From: Candidatus Iainarchaeum sp. | GTDB lineage: Archaea; Iainarchaeota; Iainarchaeia; Iainarchaeales; JACQJH01 | DNA: 32,000 nucleotides | Assembly: GCA_016205145.1 (NCBI GenBank) | Contig: JACQJH010000002.1 | Span: forward strand, 390,001 to 422,000 | Reading direction: 5' to 3' | Part shown: piece by piece, positions 7,536 through 14,668 of the stretch | How the letters are laid out: the number at the start of each line of letters is the position of its first letter | How positions within the stretch are numbered: position 1 is the first letter of the stretch | Notes under the pieces: generated by a model | What the model saw: the letters and a program-made list of their open reading frames with translations, nothing else | The model's database searches: none | What the model was told of the DNA's origin: nothing | Made by a program: the position numbers and the translations under genes

Positions 7536-7800
7536 AACGCCCGGCTGGTGCGTGCACTATGCTCGCTTTGCTCGCATAGCGCTGCGCCCATTGGCAACTG
7601 ACACGCCCGGCTGGTGCGAACCAAGGCGGCGGTTTCGTCCGCCGGGTCCGACGACGGGTACTTCGCGCGGCTCAGTACCCATCTGCTTTATTTTCGCATT
7701 AAACATTCAGGGATTGTGAGGGGATGCCCCCTACACGGAAATCTCGCTTTGCTCGATACCCATCTGCGTTCTTTTCATATTAAAAATTTCGGGGCTGCAG
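7536..7800. repeat. Repeat-rich divergent intergenic region
   Basis: acgcccggctggtgcg occurs at 7537-7552 and 7603-7618. gctcgctttgctcgca is at 7561-7576, with a partial copy ctcgctttgctcga at about 7743-7756. acccatctgc(t/g)tt(a/c)ttttc..attaaa...t(c)(a)ggg occurs twice, starting at about 7678 and 7757. A hairpin gggtac-N13-gtaccc lies near 7655-7680, and gctgcag-N6-ctgcagc near 7794-7813. Confidence 0.5.
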
Positions 7801-7845
7801 AGCACCCTGCAGCGCAGGCTGGAAAAAAAAACCGTTGCCGAAGTC

Positions 7846-8397
7846 ATGCGGCCTGCGCAAAAAGGGTTAAAAACTGCAGCGCAGACAATGCATAGAATGC
7901 GCGCAAACACAAAGACACTGTTAGGAATAGTCGCAATAATCCTGCTCGTCATCGCCGGATTCAACCTTGCGGCGTATTTCCAGAAACAGACAAGCAATAA
8001 CAGCTGCAGCACCGAAAAAATAGCGTGCGAGCACGAACAGGAACTGAACTTTTTGAACGCAGCGCTGCCGTTCCTTTTGGCCGCGGCCTTCGCCTTCGGC
8101 GCGGGCATATTCTATTTCATGTCAGGAAAAGTGGAAACGACAAAGCAGAGCCTGAAAAAGAACACTGACGTTCTGCTGAAACTGCTCAACCCCGAGGAAC
8201 GGAAGGTTGTGAACCTGCTTGTGGAGAACCACGGCAAGATCCTGCAGGCGGAAGCGACGAGGCTGCCGGGCATGACAAAAGTGAAATCGCACCGCATCAT
8301 ACAGCGCCTGCTCGACCGCGGCGTCATAGAAACAGAGAAGCTTGGCAAGACGAAAATCATCAGGTTCACCAAGGAAATAAAGGAAGGCTTGGAGTAG
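7846..8397 (+). CDS. Membrane-anchored winged-helix (MarR/TrmB-like) DNA-binding protein
   Basis: Two TM segments (LLGIVAIILLVIAGFNLAAYF and ALPFLLAAAFAFGAGIFYFM), then LNPEERKVVNLLVENHGKILQAEATRLPGMTKVKSHRIIQRLLDRGVIETEKLGKTKIIRF. Candidate ATG starts at 7846, 7888 and 7897. Confidence 0.65.
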   Translation: MRPAQKGLKTAAQTMHRMRANTKTLLGIVAIILLVIAGFNLAAYFQKQTSNNSCSTEKIACEHEQELNFLNAALPFLLAAAFAFGAGIFYFMSGKVETTKQSLKKNTDVLLKLLNPEERKVVNLLVENHGKILQAEATRLPGMTKVKSHRIIQRLLDRGVIETEKLGKTKIIRFTKEIKEGLE

Positions 8398-8471
8398 CCG
8401 CGGCAAGTCAGCTTTCCCCTGCGGCAATATTTTTAAATATGTGCTGGCACATATTGTAAATAGGTGGTTTA

Positions 8472-8690
8472 TTGGTCAACATTACGCTTTCAATGCCGGA
8501 CGAATTGTACGGCAAAATGCAGAAGCACCCGGAATTCAAGTGGAGCGAGGTCGCAAGGCAGGCAATCGCGGAAAAAATAAGCGATGCGGAGCTTTTGGAC
8601 GACCTGAAAGCCATCGGCATCGCCGAAGACGAACACAAAAAAGGCAAAACGGTTTCCCACAAGGAAGTGCTCAAAAAATTGGGTCTTTGA
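8472..8690 (+). CDS. Ribbon-helix-helix antitoxin (partner of RelE-like toxin)
   Basis: The TTG start follows TAGGTGG by 4 nt. [36 protein letters not shown] has a beta-strand plus two-helix RHH pattern. The stop abuts the ATG of the toxin gene. Paralogous to the ORF at 12333. Confidence 0.7.
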   Translation: MVNITLSMPDELYGKMQKHPEFKWSEVARQAIAEKISDAELLDDLKAIGIAEDEHKKGKTVSHKEVLKKLGL

Positions 8691-8939
8691 ATGCCTTTCG
8701 AAATAGAATATTCAACCAAAGCACTTGACAAACTGCAAAAGCTCGACAAGGCAATGCAAATCCAGGTCCTGAAAAGGCTTGAAGTGCTTTCCGGAAATCC
8801 GTTTCTCGCAAAGCCCCTCTCAAACGCGTTCAAAAATTTTTTCAGCGAACGCGTCGGCAAATACCGGGTGATTTTTTCAATAAGGGAAAATACAATAATA
8901 ATCGCGAAAATCGAACACCGGGACAGGGCTTACAGGTAA
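8691..8939 (+). CDS. relE: RelE/ParE-family type II toxin
   Basis: 82 aa. The pattern ...LDKAMQIQVLKRLEVLSGNPF...KPL...RVGKYRVIFSIRENTIIIAKIEHRDRAY is typical of RelE/StbE-type toxins. Confidence 0.8.
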   Translation: MPFEIEYSTKALDKLQKLDKAMQIQVLKRLEVLSGNPFLAKPLSNAFKNFFSERVGKYRVIFSIRENTIIIAKIEHRDRAYR

Positions 8940-9007
8940 CCAAACTGCCTTATTCTTTTTTGAATATTTTAGCACAAAAAATATTAATAAATATCTTCGC
9001 CCTTCAC

Positions 9008-9021
9008 ATTATTTAAACAAA
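9008..9021 (+). promoter_or_regulatory. Putative archaeal TATA box for the MetF-like gene
   Basis: ATTATTTAAACA has its TTTAAA at 9012-9017, about 23 nt upstream of the ATG at 9037. This suggests a leaderless or very short-leader transcript. Confidence 0.35.
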
Positions 9022-9036
9022 TTCCGAAGTGGGCTT

Positions 9037-9936
9037 ATGGGCTTTGACACGAAAACCGCACAGGCTTTGCCGGAGGAATCTCACGCCGGAAAGTCCGCGT
9101 TCCAGAAAAAGCTGGAGCAGGGCAAATTTGTCTTCACGGTCGAAGTGCACCTGCCCAAAGGAACGGACCTGGCCGAAGTGATGCAGAACGCCAAGCTCCT
9201 GAAAGGCGCGGTCGACGCCTACAACATTCCCGACAACACGCGCTCGGTCATGAAAATCGGAGGCATAGGCGTGTGCAGGCTTCTGCTTGAGGAAGGCTTC
9301 GAGCCAATCTGGCAGGTCGCGTGCAAGGACAGGAACCAGCTTGCATTGCAGTCGGATCTGCTGAGCGGCTGGGTTCTCGGCATCCGCAACGTGCTTGCCC
9401 TGACCGGCGACCCGCCGCAGGTTGGCGACCACCCGAACGCGAAAAAGGTGTTCGAATTCGAGTCAGTGAAACTCATAAAACTGATACATAATTTGAATGC
9501 CGGTTTTGACGAGGTCGGCAACCGCCTGAAAGGCAACACCAACTATTTCGTGGGCGCAACCTTCAACCCCAACTATTCAAACCAGGACAGGGCAATAAGA
9601 AAAGCCTATGCCGGCGCCAAATTCTTCCAGAGCCAGCTTGTCTTCGACCCGCAAAAATTCGTTGAGGAAAGCGCCAAAATCCGCGGGACCGGCGCAAAAA
9701 TTCTCGCAGGAATAATCCCGTTGCAGTCAGCAAAAATGGCGCATTTCGTCGCGGAAAAGGTTCCCGGCGTGAAAGTGCCGGAAAAAATCATAAGGGAAAT
9801 CGAATCCTCGCACAACCAGGAAAAAACCGGCATCGAAATCGCCCGCCGCACGATTAGCGAGATAAGGAAGCACTGCGACGGCATACACGTCATGCCATTG
9901 AAAAGGCAGGAACTCGTGCTCGAGCTTGTCGACTGA
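9037..9936 (+). CDS. metF: Methylenetetrahydrofolate reductase (MetF-like)
   Basis: FVFTVEVHLPKG..., ACKDRNQLALQSDLLSGWVLGIRNVLALTGDPPQVGDHP, FFQSQLVFD and IPLQSAKMAHFVAEKVPGVKVP. Motif layout as in short prokaryotic MTHFRs. Confidence 0.85.
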   Translation: MGFDTKTAQALPEESHAGKSAFQKKLEQGKFVFTVEVHLPKGTDLAEVMQNAKLLKGAVDAYNIPDNTRSVMKIGGIGVCRLLLEEGFEPIWQVACKDRNQLALQSDLLSGWVLGIRNVLALTGDPPQVGDHPNAKKVFEFESVKLIKLIHNLNAGFDEVGNRLKGNTNYFVGATFNPNYSNQDRAIRKAYAGAKFFQSQLVFDPQKFVEESAKIRGTGAKILAGIIPLQSAKMAHFVAEKVPGVKVPEKIIREIESSHNQEKTGIEIARRTISEIRKHCDGIHVMPLKRQELVLELVD

Positions 9937-9954
9937 AAACGCGGGCAAAAAAAA

Positions 9955-10278
9955 CTAATCGGACAAAACCCGTCTCGCATAAGCAAGCCCGCCTGCGGTC
10001 CAGCAAAAAGTGTCAGTCCGGTGTTTCCTGAGCAACCCGGCTTTTATGAACGCCTTCACGACATCACGGACGAATTCCCGGTCGTGCTTCGCCACATGCC
10101 TTGACAGGTTTGTAATCGTGGCATGCTTGTTCAGCGAATCACCCAGCTCTGCATAAAGCGATTGCACTGAAACCCTGAATTTTGGCAATGTTTCCAGTTC
10201 ACTCAATTGCAAAACCAAAAAGATTTCACAAATTTCAAAATATAAACGCCGCCCAAGTGCGTTTCCCTTGACTGCCAA
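9955..10278 (-). CDS. Hypothetical protein, possible wHTH
   Basis: 107-aa ORF, convergent with metF. ITNLSRHVAKHDREFVRDVVKAFIKAGLLRKHR looks like an HTH recognition region. No family recognised. Confidence 0.4.
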   Translation of the reverse strand: MAVKGNALGRRLYFEICEIFLVLQLSELETLPKFRVSVQSLYAELGDSLNKHATITNLSRHVAKHDREFVRDVVKAFIKAGLLRKHRTDTFCWTAGGLAYARRVLSD

Positions 10279-10336
10279 ACTTACCTGTTTAATAATATTT
10301 TGAAATTCAGGATATTAGCATAAAGGAGGGAACAAG

Positions 10337-10585
10337 ATGCAAACAATACAGCTTCCGGTTTCTGAAAGCATAAAAAAAGAGCTCGAAAAAATTCCGGCGT
10401 GGAAAGCGATGCTTTACCTGCAGGAAAACGGCGAAACGTCAGCGTACCAGCTGGCAAAAGCCCTCGGCTGGACAACCGGCAAGGCGCATGCCACCATAAA
10501 AAAGCTGGAAAAGTCAAAAGCCGTAAAAAGCAGGAAAACCACAGTCAACGGCAGGGCCGTGAAGCTTGTCAGGCTGGCAAACTAA
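10337..10585 (+). CDS. Small winged-helix DNA-binding protein
   Basis: AAGGAGGG lies 6 nt upstream of the ATG. AMLYLQENGETSAYQLAKALGWTTGKAHATIKKLEKSKAVKSRKTTVNGRAVKLVRL is a typical wHTH with a wing. Confidence 0.6.
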   Translation: MQTIQLPVSESIKKELEKIPAWKAMLYLQENGETSAYQLAKALGWTTGKAHATIKKLEKSKAVKSRKTTVNGRAVKLVRLAN

Positions 10586-11265
10586 ACGTCCACGCGGAAC
10601 AGCCTTTCCCTTTTTTTGTCCGCGCGCAAAACAAAGTCAAACTTTCCCGCCTGCAGGCACAAGTCCAAATCGCTTTCCGGGAATTCCGGCATGCCTTTGT
10701 CCAAAAAAATCTGCGCGCCGGGACCAGCGAGAATCCGCCTTTTCATGTTTTCAAAATCCGGCTTTTTTCCGGCAAGGCGCCATGCAATGTATTCCGCGCA
10801 CAAATCGTCTTCCACCCTTTCCTCGATGCCGAGCTTTCCCATTGGCACAAGGGAAACGGTTTCAGGATTTTTTTCCATCAAGTATTTGACGACCGCGTCA
10901 GCCGTCAAAAAGCCTGCCGCCAGAATCTCTTTCGCGTGAAACGCGTGCCTTATCCCCGGGGTGCCGGCGGTTGTCCGGAAAATTATGGTTTTGCCGGAAA
11001 AATTTTGTCCAAGAATTTGCGTGGGCGAATTGCCGTAGTCGAAGCCCGGAACCTGCAGGCCGAACTCCTCGCCCATCAGCACGAAATCCGGATGCGTTTC
11101 CTTGAGCGCGAATGCTTCCTGCAGATGCTCGACAACAATCATTTCCCTTGCGCCCTGAGCAAAGACGTATGCGGCGGTCGAAAACGCGCGCAGGACGTCA
11201 ATTATTACGACCGTGCCGTTTGCGTATTCCGCGCCCTCAAGCAGGGGAAAAACCCGCACTTCCAT
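10582..11265 (-). CDS. comB: 2-phosphosulfolactate phosphatase (ComB family)
   Basis: VVIIDVLRAFSTAAYVFAQGAREMIVV and GLQVPGFDYGNSPTQI match ComB hallmarks. The ATG at 11265 (MEVRVF) is preferred over the ORF-track start at 11346. Confidence 0.8.
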   Translation of the reverse strand: MEVRVFPLLEGAEYANGTVVIIDVLRAFSTAAYVFAQGAREMIVVEHLQEAFALKETHPDFVLMGEEFGLQVPGFDYGNSPTQILGQNFSGKTIIFRTTAGTPGIRHAFHAKEILAAGFLTADAVVKYLMEKNPETVSLVPMGKLGIEERVEDDLCAEYIAWRLAGKKPDFENMKRRILAGPGAQIFLDKGMPEFPESDLDLCLQAGKFDFVLRADKKRERLFRVDV

Positions 11266-11300
11266 GCAAAAACCAGCCAGACAACATTTAAAAAAACAAA

Positions 11301-11939
11301 ATGCGCAATCATTGCGGCATGCCGACTTTGACCGTTTCCGATTCAATGCAACTGCTCAAAAGGCACGGCATTCCAGTCGTCGAAAGCGTCGAAGTCAAAA
11401 CCGAGCCCGAGCTCAAAGCGGCTTGCAGGAAACTCCGCTACCCGATTGCCATGAAAATCGTTTCAGAAAAGTTCTCGCACAAAACCGACAAGGGGGGAGT
11501 AAGGCTGAACATAGATTCGCTTGCAAAGGCAAAACGCGCATTGCACGACTTCAGGAAAATGCCGGGATTCCAAAGCGCGATGCTCCAAAAACAGCTCGCC
11601 GGCCGAGAAATAATCATAGGCGGAAAATTCGACGAACAGTTCGGCCACACAATACTGTTCGGCCTGGGCGGCGTTCTCGTCGAAGTCATAAAGGACTTTT
11701 CCATCCGCATCTGCCCGATAACGCGAAAGGACACGAAAAAAATGATAGCCGAAATCAAGGGCTACCCCATCCTGGCAGGGGTGCGCGGCCAAAAGCCCAT
11801 AAACTTCCACGAACTGGAAGAGATTCTGCTCAAAACCGCGGAAATGCTCGAAAAAGAAAACATAAAAGAATTGGACATCAATCCGCTGATTGCCACGCCC
11901 GAAAAAATCGTTGCAGTGGACTGCCGCGCAATAATCTGA
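11301..11939 (+). CDS. Stand-alone ATP-grasp protein resembling the beta subunit/domain of ADP-forming acetyl-CoA synthetase
   Basis: LLKRHGIPVVESVEVKTEPELKAACRKLRYPIAMKIVSEKFSHKTDKGGVRLNI ... FGLGGVLVEVIKDFSIRICPIT ... ILAGVRGQKPINFHELEEILLK ... ELDINPL. Alternative ATG at 11319. Confidence 0.7.
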   Translation: MRNHCGMPTLTVSDSMQLLKRHGIPVVESVEVKTEPELKAACRKLRYPIAMKIVSEKFSHKTDKGGVRLNIDSLAKAKRALHDFRKMPGFQSAMLQKQLAGREIIIGGKFDEQFGHTILFGLGGVLVEVIKDFSIRICPITRKDTKKMIAEIKGYPILAGVRGQKPINFHELEEILLKTAEMLEKENIKELDINPLIATPEKIVAVDCRAII

Positions 11940-12035
11940 CCGGCTCCGCCAAAGCCACCAAACTTTCCCGTCCGAAGCTGCAAAAACAGGAAAATCCAGC
12001 AAAAAAATGCCCACAAATGCCAAATCAACATTTAT

Positions 12036-12066
12036 TAATATTGAATACAATATTGTTTACAATATG
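12036..12066 (+). promoter_or_regulatory. Three phased CAATAT(T)G half-palindromes (putative RHH operator/promoter)
   Basis: taatattg at 12036-12043, caatattg at 12048-12055 (a perfect palindrome) and caatatg at 12060-12066 are spaced 12 nt apart. They overlap an AT-rich TATA-like stretch and the ATG of the RHH gene at 12064. Confidence 0.4.
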
Positions 12067-12273
12067 AAACAGTATGCTTTTACCGTTGATGAAAACCTCA
12101 TCCGCCTGGTCGACGAAATCGTCAAGGAAACCGGTTTGTACCATTCGCGCAACGATTTTGTCAGGGATGCGTTGCGCAGCAAGGTTTTGGAATTCAGGCG
12201 CGCCCTGTCGGAAAACGAGCTTGAAAAAGAAGGGCAGACCGCCGGCGAGTTTTTCGGAAAAGGCGTGCACTAG
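12064..12273 (+). CDS. CopG/RHH-family DNA-binding protein (orphan antitoxin-like)
   Basis: MKQYAFTVDENLIRLVDEIVKETGLYHSRNDFVRDALRSKV. It carries the same G-L-Y-x-S-R-(S/N)-(E/D)-F signature as the RHH ORF at 22062. Confidence 0.65.
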   Translation: MKQYAFTVDENLIRLVDEIVKETGLYHSRNDFVRDALRSKVLEFRRALSENELEKEGQTAGEFFGKGVH

Positions 12274-12332
12274 CCTCCAACAAGACCCATTTAAATTTTT
12301 TACTTATTCTACTTATTTAAGGTGATTTGCCG

Positions 12333-12533
12333 ATGGTGAACATGACTCTGGCCGTGCCGCAAGAACTCCACGAAATAATGAAAAAGCACGCGGAAATCAG
12401 GTGGAGCGAAGTGGCAAGGCAGGCAATCGCAAAAAAAGCCTCAGAAATCGAAAAAAGCGAGCCCTGGAGAAAATACGCGCTGAAACACTCATTGGAGGAC
12501 TGGGATGCCGCCGATGAACTTTTCGAACTTTGA
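12333..12533 (+). CDS. Ribbon-helix-helix antitoxin (partner of PemK/MazF-like toxin)
   Basis: AAGGTGA lies 7 nt upstream of the ATG at 12333. [36 protein letters not shown] is paralogous to the ORF at 8472, and the two share an approximately 30-nt near-identical DNA core (gtggagcga.gt.gcaaggcaggcaatcgc). Confidence 0.7.
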   Translation: MVNMTLAVPQELHEIMKKHAEIRWSEVARQAIAKKASEIEKSEPWRKYALKHSLEDWDAADELFEL

Positions 12534-12870
12534 GCAGGGAACAATCATAACCGCGAACATAATCTTTTCAGACATGGCGGGGGTAAAGCTCAGGCCGGCG
12601 CTTGTAATCAGCAGCACAGAATATAACAAAAAATTTGCCGACATCATCGTGCTGAAAATCACTTCCGCAAAAGAAAGGCCCTTTCCGTTCAATGTCGACA
12701 TTGCCGACGGGGACGTTTTCGGCGGAAAACTGAAAAAGGAATGCACGATAATGGCTGACTTTCCGGTTACCCTTGCAAAAGAGCAGGTTTCCGGCATAAT
12801 AGGCAGGCTCTCAGAAAAAAAGCTTGCTGAAACAAAACAAAAAATGAAAACACTTTTTTCTTTGAAGTAA
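12505..12870 (+). CDS. PemK/MazF-family toxin
   Basis: GGAGGA lies 5 nt upstream of the ATG. The gene overlaps the antitoxin by 29 nt. FEQGTIITANIIFSDMAGVKLRPALVISSTEYN...IIVLKITS is the typical PemK N-terminal core. Confidence 0.7.
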   Translation: MPPMNFSNFEQGTIITANIIFSDMAGVKLRPALVISSTEYNKKFADIIVLKITSAKERPFPFNVDIADGDVFGGKLKKECTIMADFPVTLAKEQVSGIIGRLSEKKLAETKQKMKTLFSLK

Positions 12871-12885
12871 TGAAAAAAAATAAAT

Positions 12886-12913
12886 TCAACCGCCGGGTTG
12901 ATTTTTTTTCAAC
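12886..12913 (+). terminator. Hairpin plus T8 element, copy 1
   Basis: tcaacc-gccg-ggttga-tttttttt-tcaac lies 16 nt after the toxin stop. The same architecture recurs at 13995-14023. Confidence 0.5.
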
Positions 12914-13056
12914 ATAACCTATTTAAGTTTCGGCAAAAGCATTGCGTACGGCTCCTAGATTCACTAGAGCCTGCTCGGTGCGTTTCCGCCTGGCCAAAAG
13001 CCCGGAAGCGCACCGTTTTCTTTCAAACAGTCATTTTTGGGGTTGGATGTGTGGCA

Positions 13057-13323
13057 ATGAGCATAGCCGAACTGGCTTACCTGAAACTCTTTGACGAAAA
13101 AGTCAACGGCAACACGCCGCACTACCTTAAAGTCTTCCACGCCTCGAAAAGGCAGCGCTATTTCACGCACGACGAGCTTTCAGCGCTTTTCGGCAAAAGC
13201 AAGCCGCAGACAAAAAGAATCCTTGCCGGCATGCAGAAAGCCAACGCAATCAAAAAGGAAGGCTGCCTGTACAAGGCACTGCACATCACGGAGATTGCCG
13301 CGGCGGAAAAGGGCTTAATATGA
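13057..13323 (+). CDS. Hypothetical small HTH protein
   Basis: ATG at 13057 (MSIAELAYLKLF). FTHDELSALFGKSKPQTKRILAGMQKANAIKKEG is HTH-like. The stop overlaps the next ORF through an ATGA junction. Confidence 0.45.
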   Translation: MSIAELAYLKLFDEKVNGNTPHYLKVFHASKRQRYFTHDELSALFGKSKPQTKRILAGMQKANAIKKEGCLYKALHITEIAAAEKGLI

Positions 13324-13625
13324 ACGGCATGAAAAAGTATGTATTAATTCATACTGGTGGTTTGTTGTTCGAAAGCATTTCAACCATGGGCCAGAGAGGC
13401 CAGATAACCATTCCAAAAACAATCAGGCGGATAAAGGGCCTGAAGGCAAACGACAGGGTCATAGTCAAGATTGAAGGCGGCAAAATCGTCGTGGAAAAGG
13501 AGTTAAGCAAAAAGCGCAAGGAAACGCTGATGAAAGAATATTATATAAAATACGCTGATTTGCACAGGAAAACCAACAAGGAATGGGAAGCCGCAGACAT
13601 TGAGGCCAACAGGTTTTTGAAATGA
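13320..13625 (+). CDS. mazE: AbrB/SpoVT/MazE-type antitoxin
   Basis: GQRGQITIPKTIRRIKGLKANDRVIVKIEGGKIVVEK is the swapped-hairpin AbrB motif. The start is either 13320 (ATGA coupling to the upstream gene) or the ATG at 13386 (MGQRGQ). Confidence 0.75.
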   Translation: MNGMKKYVLIHTGGLLFESISTMGQRGQITIPKTIRRIKGLKANDRVIVKIEGGKIVVEKELSKKRKETLMKEYYIKYADLHRKTNKEWEAADIEANRFLK

Positions 13626-13972
13626 ATCTGAAGCGCGGAGACATAGTATTGGCAAACCTCGAGCCGTCATTCGGCTCTGAACAAGGCAGGATTAGGCCCT
13701 GCATAATAATCCAAAACGACATTGCAAACGCGTATAGCCCGACCACGATTATTATCCCGATGACATCCGCCCTTTCCGACAAGGAATATCCGACAGAAGC
13801 CAAAATACTGCCGGGAGATTCCGGATTAAAAGAAACAAGCATGGCGTTGTGCAACCAAATAAGAACAATATCCGTTGAAGACCGGATACTCAAAAAGCTT
13901 GGCTCTCTGAAGACAGCGGCAATGCTGAAAGTCAACGAAGCCCTCAAAACCAGCCTCGGCCTTGAAGAATAA
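13622..13972 (+). CDS. mazF: MazF-family endoribonuclease toxin
   Basis: MNLKRGDIVLANLEPSFGSEQGRIRPCIIIQND...TIIIPMTS...CNQIRTIS matches MazF/PemK. It has an ATGA overlap with the antitoxin. Confidence 0.85.
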   Translation: MNLKRGDIVLANLEPSFGSEQGRIRPCIIIQNDIANAYSPTTIIIPMTSALSDKEYPTEAKILPGDSGLKETSMALCNQIRTISVEDRILKKLGSLKTAAMLKVNEALKTSLGLEE

Positions 13973-13994
13973 GCCGAAAACGCCGGCAAGCCAC

Positions 13995-14023
13995 TCAACC
14001 CATAGGTTGATTTTTTTTCAACC
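13995..14023 (+). terminator. Hairpin plus T8 element, copy 2
   Basis: tcaacc-cata-ggttga-tttttttt-tcaacc lies 22 nt after the mazF stop. Confidence 0.5.
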
Positions 14024-14041
14024 TCAGCCATATTAAGCCAG

Positions 14042-14668
14042 GTGAAAGGGTTATGTACGAGGGGTTGGCAATTGTTTGCCGAAAAGCAGGCTCAAAGGAT
14101 AACGGCTGTTTCAGCCTTCGCACTGTTGCTTGTGCTCGCGGTTGCCGTAAGCGCGCAGACCAGCACAGGCCTTGCCCAAGCCAACATTCAGCCTGCCAAT
14201 GCACCACAAGACTATTCTGAGGCAATCGCAAAAGTTTCCCCCGAACTCATGCAGCAGGCAGCGGAAAAGGCACCGGAAGCGTTCGCAAACATTCAAATGC
14301 CGCAAAACGCCACAGGTTTCCCGGAACAACCAGCCGCGGGCCAGACGCAGGAAAACGCAATTTCCATGCCTGAAAACCCAAATGGCATGCCGCAGGCAGT
14401 CAAGGCAATCTTTACGGCAAAAGACGGCGAAGACCTGCAGGCCATTGCACAAAAAATCAGGGAACTTGGCGGCACGGTCAAACAGGAATTCAAAATAGGC
14501 AATTCCCTTGTCGCTGAAATCCCCGCCGACAGGCTGTTAGAGGCAGCGTCGCAGGAAGAGGTTTCGTCCGTCTGGGACGACTTCAGCTATTTTGGTGCTC
14601 ATGTCAACCAAAAAATGGTCAACTTCCGCCACCGAACCAAACTCCAAAACAGCCGGCAAATCGCTTAA
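14042..14668 (+). CDS. Secreted protein with a subtilase-propeptide (inhibitor I9)-like domain; possibly the 5' remnant of a subtilase gene
   Basis: GTG start. Signal peptide RITAVSAFALLLVLAVAVSAQT, then a P/Q/A-rich linker. AIFTAKDGEDLQAIAQKIRELGGTVKQEFKIGNSLVAEIPADRLLEAASQEEVSSVWDD resembles a subtilisin pro-domain. No catalytic domain follows, and the last approximately 130 nt are antisense to the next gene. Confidence 0.5.
   Translation: MKGLCTRGWQLFAEKQAQRITAVSAFALLLVLAVAVSAQTSTGLAQANIQPANAPQDYSEAIAKVSPELMQQAAEKAPEAFANIQMPQNATGFPEQPAAGQTQENAISMPENPNGMPQAVKAIFTAKDGEDLQAIAQKIRELGGTVKQEFKIGNSLVAEIPADRLLEAASQEEVSSVWDDFSYFGAHVNQKMVNFRHRTKLQNSRQIA

Noticed and set aside
7530-7845. Possible tRNA, box C/D sRNA or mini CRISPR array in the repeat-rich spacer
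   Set aside because: I found no GTTCRANYC T-loop or cloverleaf on either strand. There are no RUGAUGA/CUGA box pairs. The repeats are only 2-3 copies with irregular spacing and no uniform spacers, so it is kept as an unexplained repeat region.
11301-11939. Stand-alone ACD-beta-like ATP-grasp next to ComB as a possible novel pairing
   Set aside because: The genes are divergent with separate promoters, and I know of no functional link. Stand-alone ATP-grasp_5-type proteins are not rare in archaea.
10399-12067. 310-aa (+) ORF 10399-11331, 284-aa (+) ORF 11213-12067 and the minus-strand ORFs 11438-12050
   Set aside because: They overlap ComB and the ATP-grasp gene, both recognised by motifs. 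The alternative products are extremely R/K/H-rich and look like frame artefacts.
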